Numbered from the whole stretch's first letter, positions 1-10,438 are shown. The stretch: DNA of 63,585 bases, filler included, from Myxococcota bacterium (GCA_049322255.1; 4 parts of 4 records of this genome joined end to end with filler, not necessarily neighbours in it); one strand, 5' to 3'. Notes: a model not told the origin generated them from the sequence alone. A program made the numbers and translations.

Positions 1-177
1 CACGGCCACCTCGCCTACCGGCTTCCTTGGTCGGGCGCAAGGGCCGCGATTTTCCGTGGGCCCCTCGGTTTTCTGACGCTTCGCCGCCGTCTAAGTGCCC
101 TAAAAGCCGTATCTTCCCCCTGGCCCAAACCTCGCAGCATGGCCAGCGGCCGCCGTACCTTTTCGGAGGGACTTTCG

Positions 178-2256
178 ATGACGCGTACCTACGTGATGAC
201 GGGGTTGTTGGGAGCAGCCTTGTGGGGCTGTGGAGGCAACAACATCCCCACGCCGCAAGGGGTGGTGAACCGGGTGGAGCTGCAGAGCTTTGCCGGCCCC
301 AACGCCTGTGCCGAGCTGGAGAAGTACATCGAGGACACCGCGGTGCTGCAGATGCGCACCAGCTTGGAACTACAGAAGGAAGGCGGAGGTGGCTGGTGGT
401 GGGGCGGAGACGTGATGATGGGAGCGCCCCAGGCGGAGGCGGCAGGTGCCGCTGCCGATTCGTCGCGCTCCGCTCCTTCGGCTTACACCACCACCAACAC
501 CCAGGTGGCGGGAGTGGACGAGGCGGACTTCGTGAAGAACGATGGCACCCGCATCTTCGTGCTCTCGGGCGGCACCCTCTACGCCTCGCAAAGCTGGCCG
601 GCGAGCGCGCTGTCGCTGGTGGGCAAGCTGAAGATTGAAGGCTACCCGCGCGAGATGTTCCTCGAGGAGAACGACCGCCTCGTCGTCTTCTCCAGCGTGT
701 GGAACCGTTACCCGATGGACGCGCGCTACACGGGCGACGCCTGCGCCTCGCTCGATTGCGGGTACTACTACTCCAACACCGTGAAGGTGACGGTGGTGGA
801 CGTCTCCAACCTCGCCGCGCCCAAGGAGACCCAGTCCTTCTACCTTCCCGGCAGCTACTCCAACTCGCGGCGCGTCGGCTCCTCGGTGCGGCTGGTGCTC
901 TCCGACTCCTTCCGTTTCCCGCCCACGATGCGCTGGTACCCGGAGTACTCGGAGGGGCTCTACGAGGACAAGGCGCGGCTGGCGCGGGAGTACGACCGGC
1001 TCATCGCCGAGAACGAGAAGCTCATCCGCGCATCGAGCCTGACGCAGTGGCTGCCGCCCTCCAAGGTCACCACTCCCGACGGCCAAATCCACTCCGTGGC
1101 GCGCGCCTGTGACTCCTTCCACAAGACCAACGCCCCCACCGAGCTGGGGCTGCTCACCATCGCCACCTTGAATCTGGCCAACCCGACCCAGATGACCGAG
1201 ACGAACATCATCGCCCACACCGGGCAGGTGTACGCCTCGGCCAAGTCGCTCTACGTGGCCAACGGGCACTGGTGGTGGTGGCCGCAGCCGGGGCAGACCA
1301 CCGCGACTTACTTGCACAAGTTCGACCTCACCGACCCTGATCGCGCGGTGTACGTCGCCTCAGGCAAGGTGGAGGGCACCATCGTCGACCAGTTCTCCAT
1401 GGACGAAAACGCTCAGGGCTACTTCCGCATCGCCTCCACCATCGCCTCCCGGGTCTCTGAGCTGAACAACCCCTGGGGCCGGCTGGAGACCACCAACAGG
1501 CTCTTCGTGCTCAAAGAGAACGCCGGCGCGCTCGAGGTGACCGGCCAGAGCGAGGAGCTGGCCAAAGGCGAGCGCATCTTCAGCGCGCGCTTCACCGAAG
1601 ACAAAGGCTACGTGGTGACCTTCCGCCAGGTAGACCCGCTCTTCACCTTCGACCTCTCCGACCCCACCCAGCCGCGCAAAGTGGGCGAGCTGAAGATTCC
1701 CGGGTTCTCCACTTACATCCATCCCATCGATGACGGACACCTGCTCACCATCGGCACCTTCCAGCCGGAGAACCCCACCGACTGGCGCGAGCGTCATTTG
1801 CAGCTGTCCATCTTCGACGTCACCGACCTGGCCAACCCCCGACAGACTTTCACCCAACAGGTGGGCACCGCTTACGGCTGGAGCGAAGCGCAGTACGAGC
1901 ACAAGGCCTTCAACTACTTCCCCGCACGCAAGCTGCTCGCCATTCCTTTCTTCGACTGGCGGTGGGACGCGCGTACCTCCGATGAGTACTGGGCGGGCTT
2001 CACCTCAGACTTGCGGGTGTTCGAGGTCGACCCCACCACCGGCTTCACCCCCAAGGGCGCGCTGTCGATGAAAGACCTCTACACCAGCTACACCGACTAC
2101 GGCTGGTACTACTACTGGACGCCGATGGTGCGGCGCAGCGTGATGGCCGACGAGTTCGTCTACGCCATCTCCGACGCCGGCATTCGGGTGGCGGACGTGG
2201 CCAACCTCGCCTCGCCCATCGCCACCGTGCGCTTCGACCGGACGGTGAGCCAGTAG
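178..2256 (+). CDS. Secreted beta-propeller domain lipoprotein (Beta_propel/PF09826-like)
   Basis: Lipobox LWGC; family motifs TNTQVAGVDEADFVKNDG, DQFSMDE, GERIFSARF, VTFRQVDPLF, GELKIPGFSTYIHP; GGAGG RBS before ATG 178. Confidence 0.85.
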   Translation: MTRTYVMTGLLGAALWGCGGNNIPTPQGVVNRVELQSFAGPNACAELEKYIEDTAVLQMRTSLELQKEGGGGWWWGGDVMMGAPQAEAAGAAADSSRSAPSAYTTTNTQVAGVDEADFVKNDGTRIFVLSGGTLYASQSWPASALSLVGKLKIEGYPREMFLEENDRLVVFSSVWNRYPMDARYTGDACASLDCGYYYSNTVKVTVVDVSNLAAPKETQSFYLPGSYSNSRRVGSSVRLVLSDSFRFPPTMRWYPEYSEGLYEDKARLAREYDRLIAENEKLIRASSLTQWLPPSKVTTPDGQIHSVARACDSFHKTNAPTELGLLTIATLNLANPTQMTETNIIAHTGQVYASAKSLYVANGHWWWWPQPGQTTATYLHKFDLTDPDRAVYVASGKVEGTIVDQFSMDENAQGYFRIASTIASRVSELNNPWGRLETTNRLFVLKENAGALEVTGQSEELAKGERIFSARFTEDKGYVVTFRQVDPLFTFDLSDPTQPRKVGELKIPGFSTYIHPIDDGHLLTIGTFQPENPTDWRERHLQLSIFDVTDLANPRQTFTQQVGTAYGWSEAQYEHKAFNYFPARKLLAIPFFDWRWDARTSDEYWAGFTSDLRVFEVDPTTGFTPKGALSMKDLYTSYTDYGWYYYWTPMVRRSVMADEFVYAISDAGIRVADVANLASPIATVRFDRTVSQ

Positions 2257-2273
2257 GCGCGGTGCGCTCGTTG

Positions 2274-3389
2274 CTACTTCGCCGCCGGCTTCACCTTCGG
2301 CCAAAACACCGCGGCGCGCGCGGTGTCTGACGCGAACGCGAGCTTCGCCTCACGGAGGTCGTAGACCCGCGGCCAGGTGCCGACGCTGGTGAGAGCGACG
2401 AGCAGATAGGGTCCGCGCAGCTCGATGGCCAAGAGGTCTCCTCGGGTGAAGCCGAGGTTGGGCAGCGGTGCGGGGGGCTTGCCTTGGGGCTGGAAGACGA
2501 GGAGCCCGGTCGTGTAGGCGAATTCGCCGGACACCTGCCAACCGAAGAGGTTGCCCAGCGGGTTTCGAAGCACCGCCCACCCGTCCGTCTCGTCGGCGCT
2601 TGGCGGAGGCGTCCACGGCGCCAGCAGGGCTCTGGTCGCCTCGTCTTCGACGGCATCGCCCAGCGAGTGGAAGGTCGACAGCACTTCGGTGCGTGGCCCC
2701 AGCTGGTTCCAGGAGTCGAGCGCTGCGGCTCCCGCCGCGTAGTCCCAACCCGTGGTGGTGACCTTGCTCTCCACTCTTGTCCAGGCAGCGCCCTCCAGCC
2801 GGACCGCGTGCGCAAGGGCGGGCAGCCCGTCTGCAATCAGGGGCAAGGTGATGGTCTCACCCCCGACATCGAACGCGTCGCCCTCCTTCGCGTCGGGCAG
2901 ATCCTCAGTGGAGAAGGCGAGCACTCCCGTGGCAGCAAACCCCAGGTCGGCCAGGCTCCCGCGCACCACTGGCTCAGGGAGCACCACCACCTTTCCCGTC
3001 GCCAGGTCGACCTGGAAAAGGCGCACTGGCCCGTCGACCGCGGGGTCCTCCGGATGACCCGACCCCGGAGTGTCTGGGCCGTGGTAGGTCGTGCCGCTGC
3101 GGAACGTGGGGTCGAACCAAACAACGGCGCGCGAAAGGTCGGGAGACCAGGCGACCCGGGCGCCGACGCAGCTTCCTGGGAAGCGCGCCACCTCGGTCGT
3201 GGCCTTCGAAGGTAAGCCGACCCGCTTCCAAACGCATTGGCCACCCGAGGGCTCGAGCAAAGACAGCTCGGCGTCGCTTCTTGGCGCGAAAGCAGGCGCG
3301 ACTTGGCTCGCAGCCTCTGACGGCTCCTTGCGGCACCCGGCGGCGAAGGCAGCCAAGGTGAGCGATGCGATGGGGGCGAAACGTGACAC
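2274..3389 (-). CDS. Hypothetical lipoprotein
   Basis: 371-aa ORF with lipobox FAAGC; follows the upstream thioredoxin gene in the same direction. Confidence 0.7.
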   Translation of the reverse strand: MSRFAPIASLTLAAFAAGCRKEPSEAASQVAPAFAPRSDAELSLLEPSGGQCVWKRVGLPSKATTEVARFPGSCVGARVAWSPDLSRAVVWFDPTFRSGTTYHGPDTPGSGHPEDPAVDGPVRLFQVDLATGKVVVLPEPVVRGSLADLGFAATGVLAFSTEDLPDAKEGDAFDVGGETITLPLIADGLPALAHAVRLEGAAWTRVESKVTTTGWDYAAGAAALDSWNQLGPRTEVLSTFHSLGDAVEDEATRALLAPWTPPPSADETDGWAVLRNPLGNLFGWQVSGEFAYTTGLLVFQPQGKPPAPLPNLGFTRGDLLAIELRGPYLLVALTSVGTWPRVYDLREAKLAFASDTARAAVFWPKVKPAAK

Positions 3390-3407
3390 GGTGGTTCCCT
3401 TTGCACT

Positions 3408-4687
3408 TCAGGGAAGTTTTTTCAACGCCGCTTGCAGCCGTACCTGACTTGTCGCAGAGCGCTGCGGCGCGGGTAGGCTCTGGGCGAAAAAGAGCGCCTC
3501 CTCGAGCGTCTTCCGCGCGCCGGCGGTGTCGCCTTTTCGTTCCAGCACCGAGGCCTTGGTCTCCAGCACGCGGATGCGCCGCGGACCCGCCACCTTGCCC
3601 AGCGCCCTTTCGACGGCGGCGAGCGCTTCGTCCAATCGCCCTAGCTCGCGGTAAGCAATCGCCAGTCGAGCGGGAGGGTTGGAGTCGTGCGGCAGCTCGC
3701 GCTCGGATTGCGTCAGCGCCTCCAGCACCCGTTCAGGAGCCTTCAACTCCAGCGCCGCCACCAACCGATGCGAGTCGAACGCCGCTCGCGCCTCGACAGT
3801 GGGTGTCTTCGCTGCTTCAGCCTCGAGGAAGGTGAGCCACTGGCTGGCCCACTTTCGGGCTCCCGCCTCGTCTTTCGCTTTCTTTCGTAGCTCCACCAAG
3901 ACGTCGAAGACGCCGGAGCGGTCGTCGGCCAACAGCCCCGGAGCTGACACCGCCTCCACCGCCAGTGGCTCGAGCACAGCGAGCGCTTCGTCGCGCCAAT
4001 TTCCTTCTCCCGCCAGCGCACAGGAAAGGCCCATCACCACCGCGTTGGCGAAAGAAGGTCCGCGCGACAGCGTCGGTGCCAGGTCGGCCGCCGCCTGCGC
4101 ACAAGGCTCGAGCTCCTTGGCTGAGTAGTGAGCAAAGAGGAGCGACTCCACCGCGCGCCCACGCTTGGGCCATTCGCCGGTGGAGAGGAGCAGCGCCTCG
4201 CGGTAGGTCCGCGCCGCCTCGGCGTAGTGCTTCTGGGCGAAGCTGCGGTCGGCACGCAGGAGCGCTCCGTTCGCGCCCGCTCCGTAAGGGTTTTGCCAGG
4301 CGCGGTGGGCGTCGTCGAAGAGCTTGGTCAGCTGCTCCACCGTGGCCGAGCCCACCCAGCGGAAGACTTCCGTCTCGGTGGCGGGGTCGATGACCAGGAA
4401 GGTCGGCCACACTTCGATGGGATGCTTCTCGAGGAAGGCGGCGTTCTTTTCCTTCTCGGTGTCCACCTCCAGCCACACGAAGCGCCCGGCGTGCGGTGTC
4501 AGCTCCTCGCGCACCAGGACATGGCTCTTCATGAAGCGGCAGGTGTGGCACCAGTCGGCCCAGGCGTCGATGAAGAGGGGCAGCTTCCTCTGCTTCGCCT
4601 CGGCGAGCGCGCGCGGGTAGTCGTCGGAGATGAAGGGCAAGCCGCGGAGAATCGGGGTAGGCGGCGGCTTGGCGCCTGCACAGCCGA
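3408..4687 (-). CDS. Thioredoxin-family protein with TPR-like helical region (5' end in assembly gap)
   Basis: WADWCHTC redox motif and WPTFLVIDP; helical C-terminus; frame stays open (GCAGAKPPTP) up to the N gap. Confidence 0.8.
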
Positions 4688-4787
4688 NNNNNNNNNNNNN
4701 NNNNNNNNNNNNNNNNNNNNNNNNNNNNNNNNNNNNNNNNNNNNNNNNNNNNNNNNNNNNNNNNNNNNNNNNNNNNNNNNNNNNNNN

Positions 4788-5089
4788 ACGGAATAGTCCG
4801 CGGTTTCGCGCTCGGTCTGCTCGCGACCGAGAATGCTCAGATACTCGGCTTCGATCTTTCCTGGGAGCACCAGGTCCATGTTGAACCGCTCATTGACGCC
4901 CCTGTGGGTTTTCGGCTGCACGCCGACGGTCAACAACGCAGCGCGAGCGCCGTGAAAGACGCAATAGTAGGCACGGCTCGCGGCGGCGTCTGGATAGCCA
5001 CCTTGGAGGTCGTGCTCGGCGGCGGCCAGCGCGCGGTGCGCCTTGACGAGCTGCTTCACGATCGCCCTCTGGCGATTCGGCCGAGTCAT
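4788..5089 (-). CDS. HEPN domain protein (UPF0332-like), 3' end in gap
   Basis: ASRAYYCVFHGARAAL, KTHRGV and R-x-x-ADY motifs; ATGA overlap with the upstream MNT gene. Confidence 0.85.
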
Positions 5090-5445
5090 ACGAGAATCCT
5101 CTCGTTCTCGATGTCCAGCGCAAGCTGAAGCTCGTCGGCGAGCATCGACTGGAACTTCTCGCGCGAAAGCACGCGCGGAGAAATCCACAGTCGATAGGCG
5201 ACGTCGACTTCGGCCACTTCACGGAAGAGAGCATCTTGCTCCTTCAGGTCCGGCTTCTCTTCAAACAGAAGCAGAACGTCCACATCGCTCTCTTCGTGCT
5301 GCTCGCCCCGGGCGAAAGAGCCGAACAGGCGCATCTCGAGGAACTTCTGGCCGAACCTGGCGGCCAGCCGGTCCTTGAGTGCGCGCAAGGCGCCTTGGAC
5401 GTGAGCGGGAATCACCGGGAAGTCGACTGTGTCGAGCGTCTGCAT
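5086..5445 (-). CDS. Minimal nucleotidyltransferase (MNT antitoxin)
   Basis: LFGSFARGEQHEESDVDV = GS-x10-DxD motif; coupled to HEPN; alternative start 5472. Confidence 0.85.
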   Translation of the reverse strand: MQTLDTVDFPVIPAHVQGALRALKDRLAARFGQKFLEMRLFGSFARGEQHEESDVDVLLLFEEKPDLKEQDALFREVAEVDVAYRLWISPRVLSREKFQSMLADELQLALDIENERILV

Positions 5446-5584
5446 GAAGAGCTCGCCGGCAGCATAAACCACACCCCTCGATTTCCGCTCGGGGAGCGGT
5501 GTGTCTCGGCGAAGGCGGCTGAAGCTAACGTTCAGGAACAGCAGGCGCCAATGCCGGCGGGGTGTCTTGTTGGGAGCGGGCGCT

Positions 5585-6988
5585 TTAGGGCTGTGGCGAC
5601 AGGCCCGCGCGCTGCGCGATGTCCCGGAAAGTCTCCACCGCCTCGGTGGGGGTGCGCGCCTTCTCCGGGCTGTCGAAGTCGACGCGGTAGAGCCCGAAGC
5701 GCGGCACGTAGCCTTCCGCCCACTCGAAGTTGTCGAGCAGGCTCCAGTGGTAGTAGCCGCGCACGTCCACTCCCTCGGCGAGGGCCCGCTCCACCGCGTA
5801 GAGGTGCGCGCGCAAGAAGTAGGGGCGCTCGGTGCCCTCGGCGTCGGCGATGCCGTTCTCGGTGATGTAGATGGGCCAGCCCTCTTGGCCGAAGCGCCGA
5901 AGGAACTGGTAGAGCCCCTCGGGGTAGATGTCCCAGCCGAGCTGGTTCACCGGGCGGCCCTTGGGCACGTACTGCTTGGAGAGCGAGGGGTCGCCCAAGT
6001 CGGCGCGCACGTGGTCGCGGGTGTAGTAGTTGAGGCCTAAGTAGTCGAACGAGCCCTTGAGGTCGATGACCTCGCGGTCGATTTCAATCTCCCCCGGCAC
6101 CGAGAGCTGAATGCGGCCGGTGCGCGCGGCGCGCACGATGGCTTCGTTGAAGAAGTCGTCGGTCAAGCCGGCGACGGTGGTGTCGAGAGTGGAGTTGCTC
6201 GCGGGCTGAAACACCCGCACGTGGTGGGCGAGGCCGGAGAGCACCGCGCGCCCGTCGCCATCGGCATCGACGGTGTCGGCCACGCGCAGCGCGCTGGTGG
6301 CGAAGGCGTGCGCCTCGATGAGTCGCGCCAGCACCAGAGCCGCCGCCCGCGAGTCTTTCTTCCCCGGCGGCCAGATGCCGTCGATGTACCCCTGCACCGC
6401 GTACACGTTGGGCTCGTTCACCGTGCACCACAGGTCGACTTGCGCCCCCAGCTTGGTGGCCACCTTGAAGACGAAGCTGGTGAAGCGAAAAAGGGTCTGC
6501 TCGTTCTCCCAGCCGCCTTGCTCCGCCACCCAGGTGGGCAAGGTGAAGTGGTGCAGCGTCACCATCGGCTCGATGCCCGCTTGGCGCAGCTTGAGCGTCC
6601 ATTCCAGGTAACGGTTGGCCACGTCCTCCCGCCACTGGTTCTCTTTGGGCTCGAGCCGGCTCCACTCCACCGAGAAGCGGTAAGTGTTCGCCCCCAGCGT
6701 CTTGAGCAGAGCGAGGTCTTCGTCGAAGCGGTTGTACGAGTCGGTGGCCGCCCCGGAGACGCTCTGATCGTGGATGTGCGGGCTGCCGTCTTCGAAGCTC
6801 CCCTTTTCCCACTCAGTCCAATCGTTGGTGTTGTTGCCTTCGACTTGGTGCGAGGAGGTGGCGGCGCCGAGGAGAAAACCGGGAGGCAACCCTTCGCCCA
6901 CCGGCGCGGCCTCGATGTCGCTACGACGAAAGGACACCCGCGCGTCGCACGCGGTGATGACCAGCGCGGTGAGGAAGAGCCGTTTCAC
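5585..6988 (-). CDS. Glycoside hydrolase family 1 (beta-glucosidase), probable lipoprotein
   Basis: GAATSSHQVEG, YRFSVEWSR, TVNEP acid/base, IYITENG nucleophile, WSLLDNFEW; GTG start overlaps upstream stop; lipobox ITAC. Confidence 0.92.
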   Translation of the reverse strand: MKRLFLTALVITACDARVSFRRSDIEAAPVGEGLPPGFLLGAATSSHQVEGNNTNDWTEWEKGSFEDGSPHIHDQSVSGAATDSYNRFDEDLALLKTLGANTYRFSVEWSRLEPKENQWREDVANRYLEWTLKLRQAGIEPMVTLHHFTLPTWVAEQGGWENEQTLFRFTSFVFKVATKLGAQVDLWCTVNEPNVYAVQGYIDGIWPPGKKDSRAAALVLARLIEAHAFATSALRVADTVDADGDGRAVLSGLAHHVRVFQPASNSTLDTTVAGLTDDFFNEAIVRAARTGRIQLSVPGEIEIDREVIDLKGSFDYLGLNYYTRDHVRADLGDPSLSKQYVPKGRPVNQLGWDIYPEGLYQFLRRFGQEGWPIYITENGIADAEGTERPYFLRAHLYAVERALAEGVDVRGYYHWSLLDNFEWAEGYVPRFGLYRVDFDSPEKARTPTEAVETFRDIAQRAGLSPQP

Positions 6989-7695
6989 CGCCGCTCCTTG
7001 GAGCGGCCCGCCTCGGGGCCGAAGGCTGCGGCCACGGTGAGCAGCGCGGTTTCGCTGTTGCCCACGCGGAAGGCGAAGGCGGTCAGTCGAAGCCCGAGCT
7101 GCGAGCGCAGCCGCACCCGGGCGGTGAGCAGTGCGCCCAAAGGAGCGACGTACCCCAACCCCACGTCGCCCAGCTCGGCGGTGAGGTGGAAGGGAACCAG
7201 CCCGCGGTAGTCGAACACCCCGGTCGAGAGGCCCCAGGAGGAAAAAGCGAAGCTGGCGCGCACGCTGGGCAGAAGCTGGCTTTCGGGCAGCGCGTGCTCG
7301 GTGCGTAAAAAGTAAGCGCCGCCCACCACCGAGAAGCGTTCTCCGGTCCAACCGGCACGCGCGCCCACGGTGAGTCCTCCGCCGGCGCCTTCGCTGCCGG
7401 TGACGCCGGCGAAGGCCAGCGCGGCATCAGCGGTGAAACCGGAGAGCACCAGCCGTCCCTCCACCGAGGGCTCGAGAAAGAGGTCGCCCCAGCGGCCGCC
7501 GGTATAGGTGTAGCCCGTCCCCAGCATGCTCAGCCCGGCCCACACCTCGTTGGCGAGGAGCCGGCGCGCCGGCGTTTGGGAAGTCGCCCGAAGGACCGCC
7601 CAAGGAGGCGCTTCGTCCTCCTCCGCGGGGTGGTTCGGGACCACCGCGGGCTGGGGCGTCGACCCCAGCACCGCCAAGAGCAGGGCAGCTGTCAC
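6985..7695 (-). CDS. Hypothetical exported protein, possible outer-membrane beta-barrel
   Basis: Signal-like N-terminus and alternating hydrophobic strands; stop overlaps the GH1 start. Confidence 0.6.
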   Translation of the reverse strand: MTAALLLAVLGSTPQPAVVPNHPAEEDEAPPWAVLRATSQTPARRLLANEVWAGLSMLGTGYTYTGGRWGDLFLEPSVEGRLVLSGFTADAALAFAGVTGSEGAGGGLTVGARAGWTGERFSVVGGAYFLRTEHALPESQLLPSVRASFAFSSWGLSTGVFDYRGLVPFHLTAELGDVGLGYVAPLGALLTARVRLRSQLGLRLTAFAFRVGNSETALLTVAAAFGPEAGRSKERR

Positions 7696-7857
7696 GCGCC
7701 GACCATACCTCGTTCCCGCGTGTGAGCGACCGGAGCGTGCTTGCTTTGGCCTCCGAACACGAAGCCCAGCGCTCCCTACAGAAGAAGCCATTCCCGACGT
7801 TTTGCTCTATTCTTCCGCGCTCGAGTCTTTCGCTCGACCAGGTTGACGGGGGCCGCG

Positions 7858-8862
7858 ATGGCATCAGGTAAGAACAGAGTAGGACCGGGTGGCCTTCCGC
7901 CTGGGCAGACCGGCGGCTCCAGCAGCCGAAAAGCGGAGGCCCTCGGAAAACGTTCGGCCACGGAGAAGAAAGCCGAGAAGCCGAAAGCAGGTTGGGTTTC
8001 GGTGTTCGACACCTCGTTCTCCAAGCACCTCGAGCCGGTGCGCGTGTGGGTGGGAGACAACGGAGAGTCGGCCATCGCCAAGGAAGACCTTCTTCGGGTG
8101 GTGGGGAAGGCGGGTAAAGAGCTCGCCGCCGCCGACTTGCAGGGCGCCGTCGAGGTGAAGGCGGGCTTGTGGCAGAAGATGTTCGGCGGCCACACGGTGA
8201 CGGCACGAGGAAACGCCGACAACCTGGTCACCTCGCGCGAGATACTCGAGGCGAAGGGCCTAAGTCAGCCCGCGCGCGACCTGGCCACCTTCCTTCAGGA
8301 AACTGCCAAGGCCAATTCCCAGGTGACGCATGACATCTTGGGCGAGCTTCGCGCCACGCTGGAGAAGAACGGCGGCGAGGTCAGCGGTGAGCAGCTGATG
8401 AGCGAGGTGAGCTCGCTGGTGACGCTGATGAAGGCGCACCGGATTCTTCCCTTCGAGGACGGCTCCAACCAGATATCGCTCATGTTGTGGTCGCCCGAGG
8501 GAAGCCCGCATGACGTCTTGTTGCGGGCCACCGTGCGAGACGTGGCGGCTTTCAAGGTTTCTCCCGAAACGCAGAAGTTCGAGGCCATCGAGCTCCAGTT
8601 GCTGGAAAAGCCCAACCACGCCGAGAAGGCCAGTGTCAGCTACATCATCAAGTACGACATCGGGGCGACGGCTAGGTCTGAGTCCGTCTCTATGTGGCGC
8701 GATGTGAGGGAGGGCCAGAACAAGCTCCCCATCCAGGAGAGCTCCGTCGACTCCGTCGGCTCTCCGGAAGAGGTCCGGAACTTCCGCCACGAAAAGGCCG
8801 CGGGAGTGAGCACGGAATTGCGCCGTTCGCTCGCCGAGCTGGGCATCGCCGTCGACGGGTAA
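7858..8862 (+). CDS. Hypothetical protein (low-complexity basic N-terminus, no signal peptide)
   Basis: Long ORF with natural composition; no recognised motif. Confidence 0.65.
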   Translation: MASGKNRVGPGGLPPGQTGGSSSRKAEALGKRSATEKKAEKPKAGWVSVFDTSFSKHLEPVRVWVGDNGESAIAKEDLLRVVGKAGKELAAADLQGAVEVKAGLWQKMFGGHTVTARGNADNLVTSREILEAKGLSQPARDLATFLQETAKANSQVTHDILGELRATLEKNGGEVSGEQLMSEVSSLVTLMKAHRILPFEDGSNQISLMLWSPEGSPHDVLLRATVRDVAAFKVSPETQKFEAIELQLLEKPNHAEKASVSYIIKYDIGATARSESVSMWRDVREGQNKLPIQESSVDSVGSPEEVRNFRHEKAAGVSTELRRSLAELGIAVDG

Positions 8863-8885
8863 AGCAATGTGATTCTGCGCGTTGC

Positions 8886-9314
8886 TCAGCGGTTGGCCTC
8901 CAATTCAGCGAGGAACACCGTTGGAGCAACGATTCGCAAGCCGGCGTAGCCATCGAGCGGAGTCAGATGACGGGTATTCCCGGTGACGATCCAGCGCGCA
9001 CCCCCCGCGAGGGCGGTTGCAAGGTAGACGTTGTCGGTCGGATCGGCTTTGACGGCATCGATTGCCGGGAGCAGATCGGTTGGCACCATGTGCGCGCTCT
9101 CCATGGCTCGCTCGACGAGGAGGCGGGGATCGGTCCGAAACAGCCCCCTGAATTTCGCATACGCGATGACGCGCAAGCATTCGGCGACGATGGGAGGGGA
9201 CCAGACCAGCTCGAACCCATTCCGTAGCCGAGCCCGCGACAAAAGGTCTGCGCATTTCCCGCCAGAGAGGGCAGCGGTGACGACGACGTTGCAGTCGAGC
9301 ACTGCGCGAGTCAC
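8886..9314 (-). CDS. PIN-domain toxin (TIGR00305-like)
   Basis: RAVLDCNVVVTA, DPTDNVYLATAL and IVTGN motifs; overlaps the antitoxin stop. Confidence 0.88.
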   Translation of the reverse strand: MTRAVLDCNVVVTAALSGGKCADLLSRARLRNGFELVWSPPIVAECLRVIAYAKFRGLFRTDPRLLVERAMESAHMVPTDLLPAIDAVKADPTDNVYLATALAGGARWIVTGNTRHLTPLDGYAGLRIVAPTVFLAELEANR

Positions 9315-9559
9315 TGAGCTCCCGTGGCTCGCTTCGCCTCTTCTACCAGCGCCATCGCCTCCTCTTCGGAGAGTTTCCCTGGCTTCGCCGTCCGGAGTTG
9401 TTCACGAAGCTCCATGGCCGCGAGGTCGCGGCGCAACTCCAGCTCCAGAATAGAGCGCCCCCACTCGGACGCATCTTCCCCCTTCGCCTTGGCCACCTTC
9501 TTGATAGCGGCAAGGGTTTTCTTGGGGACTCGAACTCGGTAGACGGCGTCTTTTCGCAT
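9311..9559 (-). CDS. Ribbon-helix-helix type antitoxin
   Basis: 82 aa with beta-strand YRVRV followed by helices; directly upstream of the PIN toxin. Confidence 0.75.
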   Translation of the reverse strand: MRKDAVYRVRVPKKTLAAIKKVAKAKGEDASEWGRSILELELRRDLAAMELREQLRTAKPGKLSEEEAMALVEEAKRATGAQ

Positions 9560-9565
9560 AAAACC

Positions 9566-9579
9566 AATGTAGCTACATT
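9566..9579. promoter_or_regulatory. Perfect palindrome AATGTAGCTACATT, likely TA autorepression operator
   Basis: 14-bp perfect inverted repeat just upstream of the antitoxin ATG. Confidence 0.65.
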
Positions 9580-9682
9580 AGCGCCACAGCGCAATCGGAA
9601 GGCCGGGCAGCCGAAGGTCGCTGCCTCGTTCACCGACGTGATTGGCATGCGCTGTGAACAAGCCTTTCCTCGCCAAGCCATC

Positions 9683-10438
9683 ATGCGGTTTCCCCCCTGC
9701 TCCATCCTGGCGTTCCTCGTCCTTTTTTCCGCGGTCAGCATCAGCTGTGGGCCGGAGAGCCGCGGCACAGAGGACGCACTTGTGGCTATCGCGACACGTT
9801 CGGAGGTGGATGGCTGGTACCCAGCGGATGATTGGCTTTGGGCTCAAGCCGGCTGGGACCTGGAGGAATGGGAACGGCGAGTCCTGGGGTTGATGTCTGA
9901 CCTGGCGGCCGACGCATCGGAACTTGAGGACGCGACTTGGCTCACCCGTTGGGCGCGTTTGAACCGCTACGCGCAGCTGGACGCGCTGGGAGTCCGATTG
10001 AAGCTGCCCGATGTCGGGAGCTGCGGGGTGCTCCAGCCGCCCTTGGGTTGTGCTCAGCCCGTTTCGGCGTGCGTCACCGACCTGAGCCAGTATGGGTCGG
10101 GGGGAGGGACGGTCACCACTTACGCGGTCGTCCGCCTCACCGACCAAGTTCCATCCCGCGATGACGAGCTTCGGGATGAGCTCTGGGATGGTCCGTCAGC
10201 GCAATTCCCCTTCGATACCGATCCGCCCGTGGAGCCCGTCGCAGCGGCGACTCTCCTGATCGGGGAAACGCACGAGATCTTCTGCAGGCACGACGACTGT
10301 TACCTTGGGTCGCTTCCCGAGGGCGCTTGCCGAATCGTTTATGCCAACGGGTGTGCCGGCACAGTGGGTTTTGTCTGCACGGAAGACCGACACAGCGGGC
10401 AGTGGACGCTCGTCGGGGAGGTACGCTTGAGCCCGTAG
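9683..10438 (+). CDS. Hypothetical Cys-rich lipoprotein
   Basis: Hydrophobic signal ending SISC; several Cys. Confidence 0.6.
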   Translation: MRFPPCSILAFLVLFSAVSISCGPESRGTEDALVAIATRSEVDGWYPADDWLWAQAGWDLEEWERRVLGLMSDLAADASELEDATWLTRWARLNRYAQLDALGVRLKLPDVGSCGVLQPPLGCAQPVSACVTDLSQYGSGGGTVTTYAVVRLTDQVPSRDDELRDELWDGPSAQFPFDTDPPVEPVAAATLLIGETHEIFCRHDDCYLGSLPEGACRIVYANGCAGTVGFVCTEDRHSGQWTLVGEVRLSP

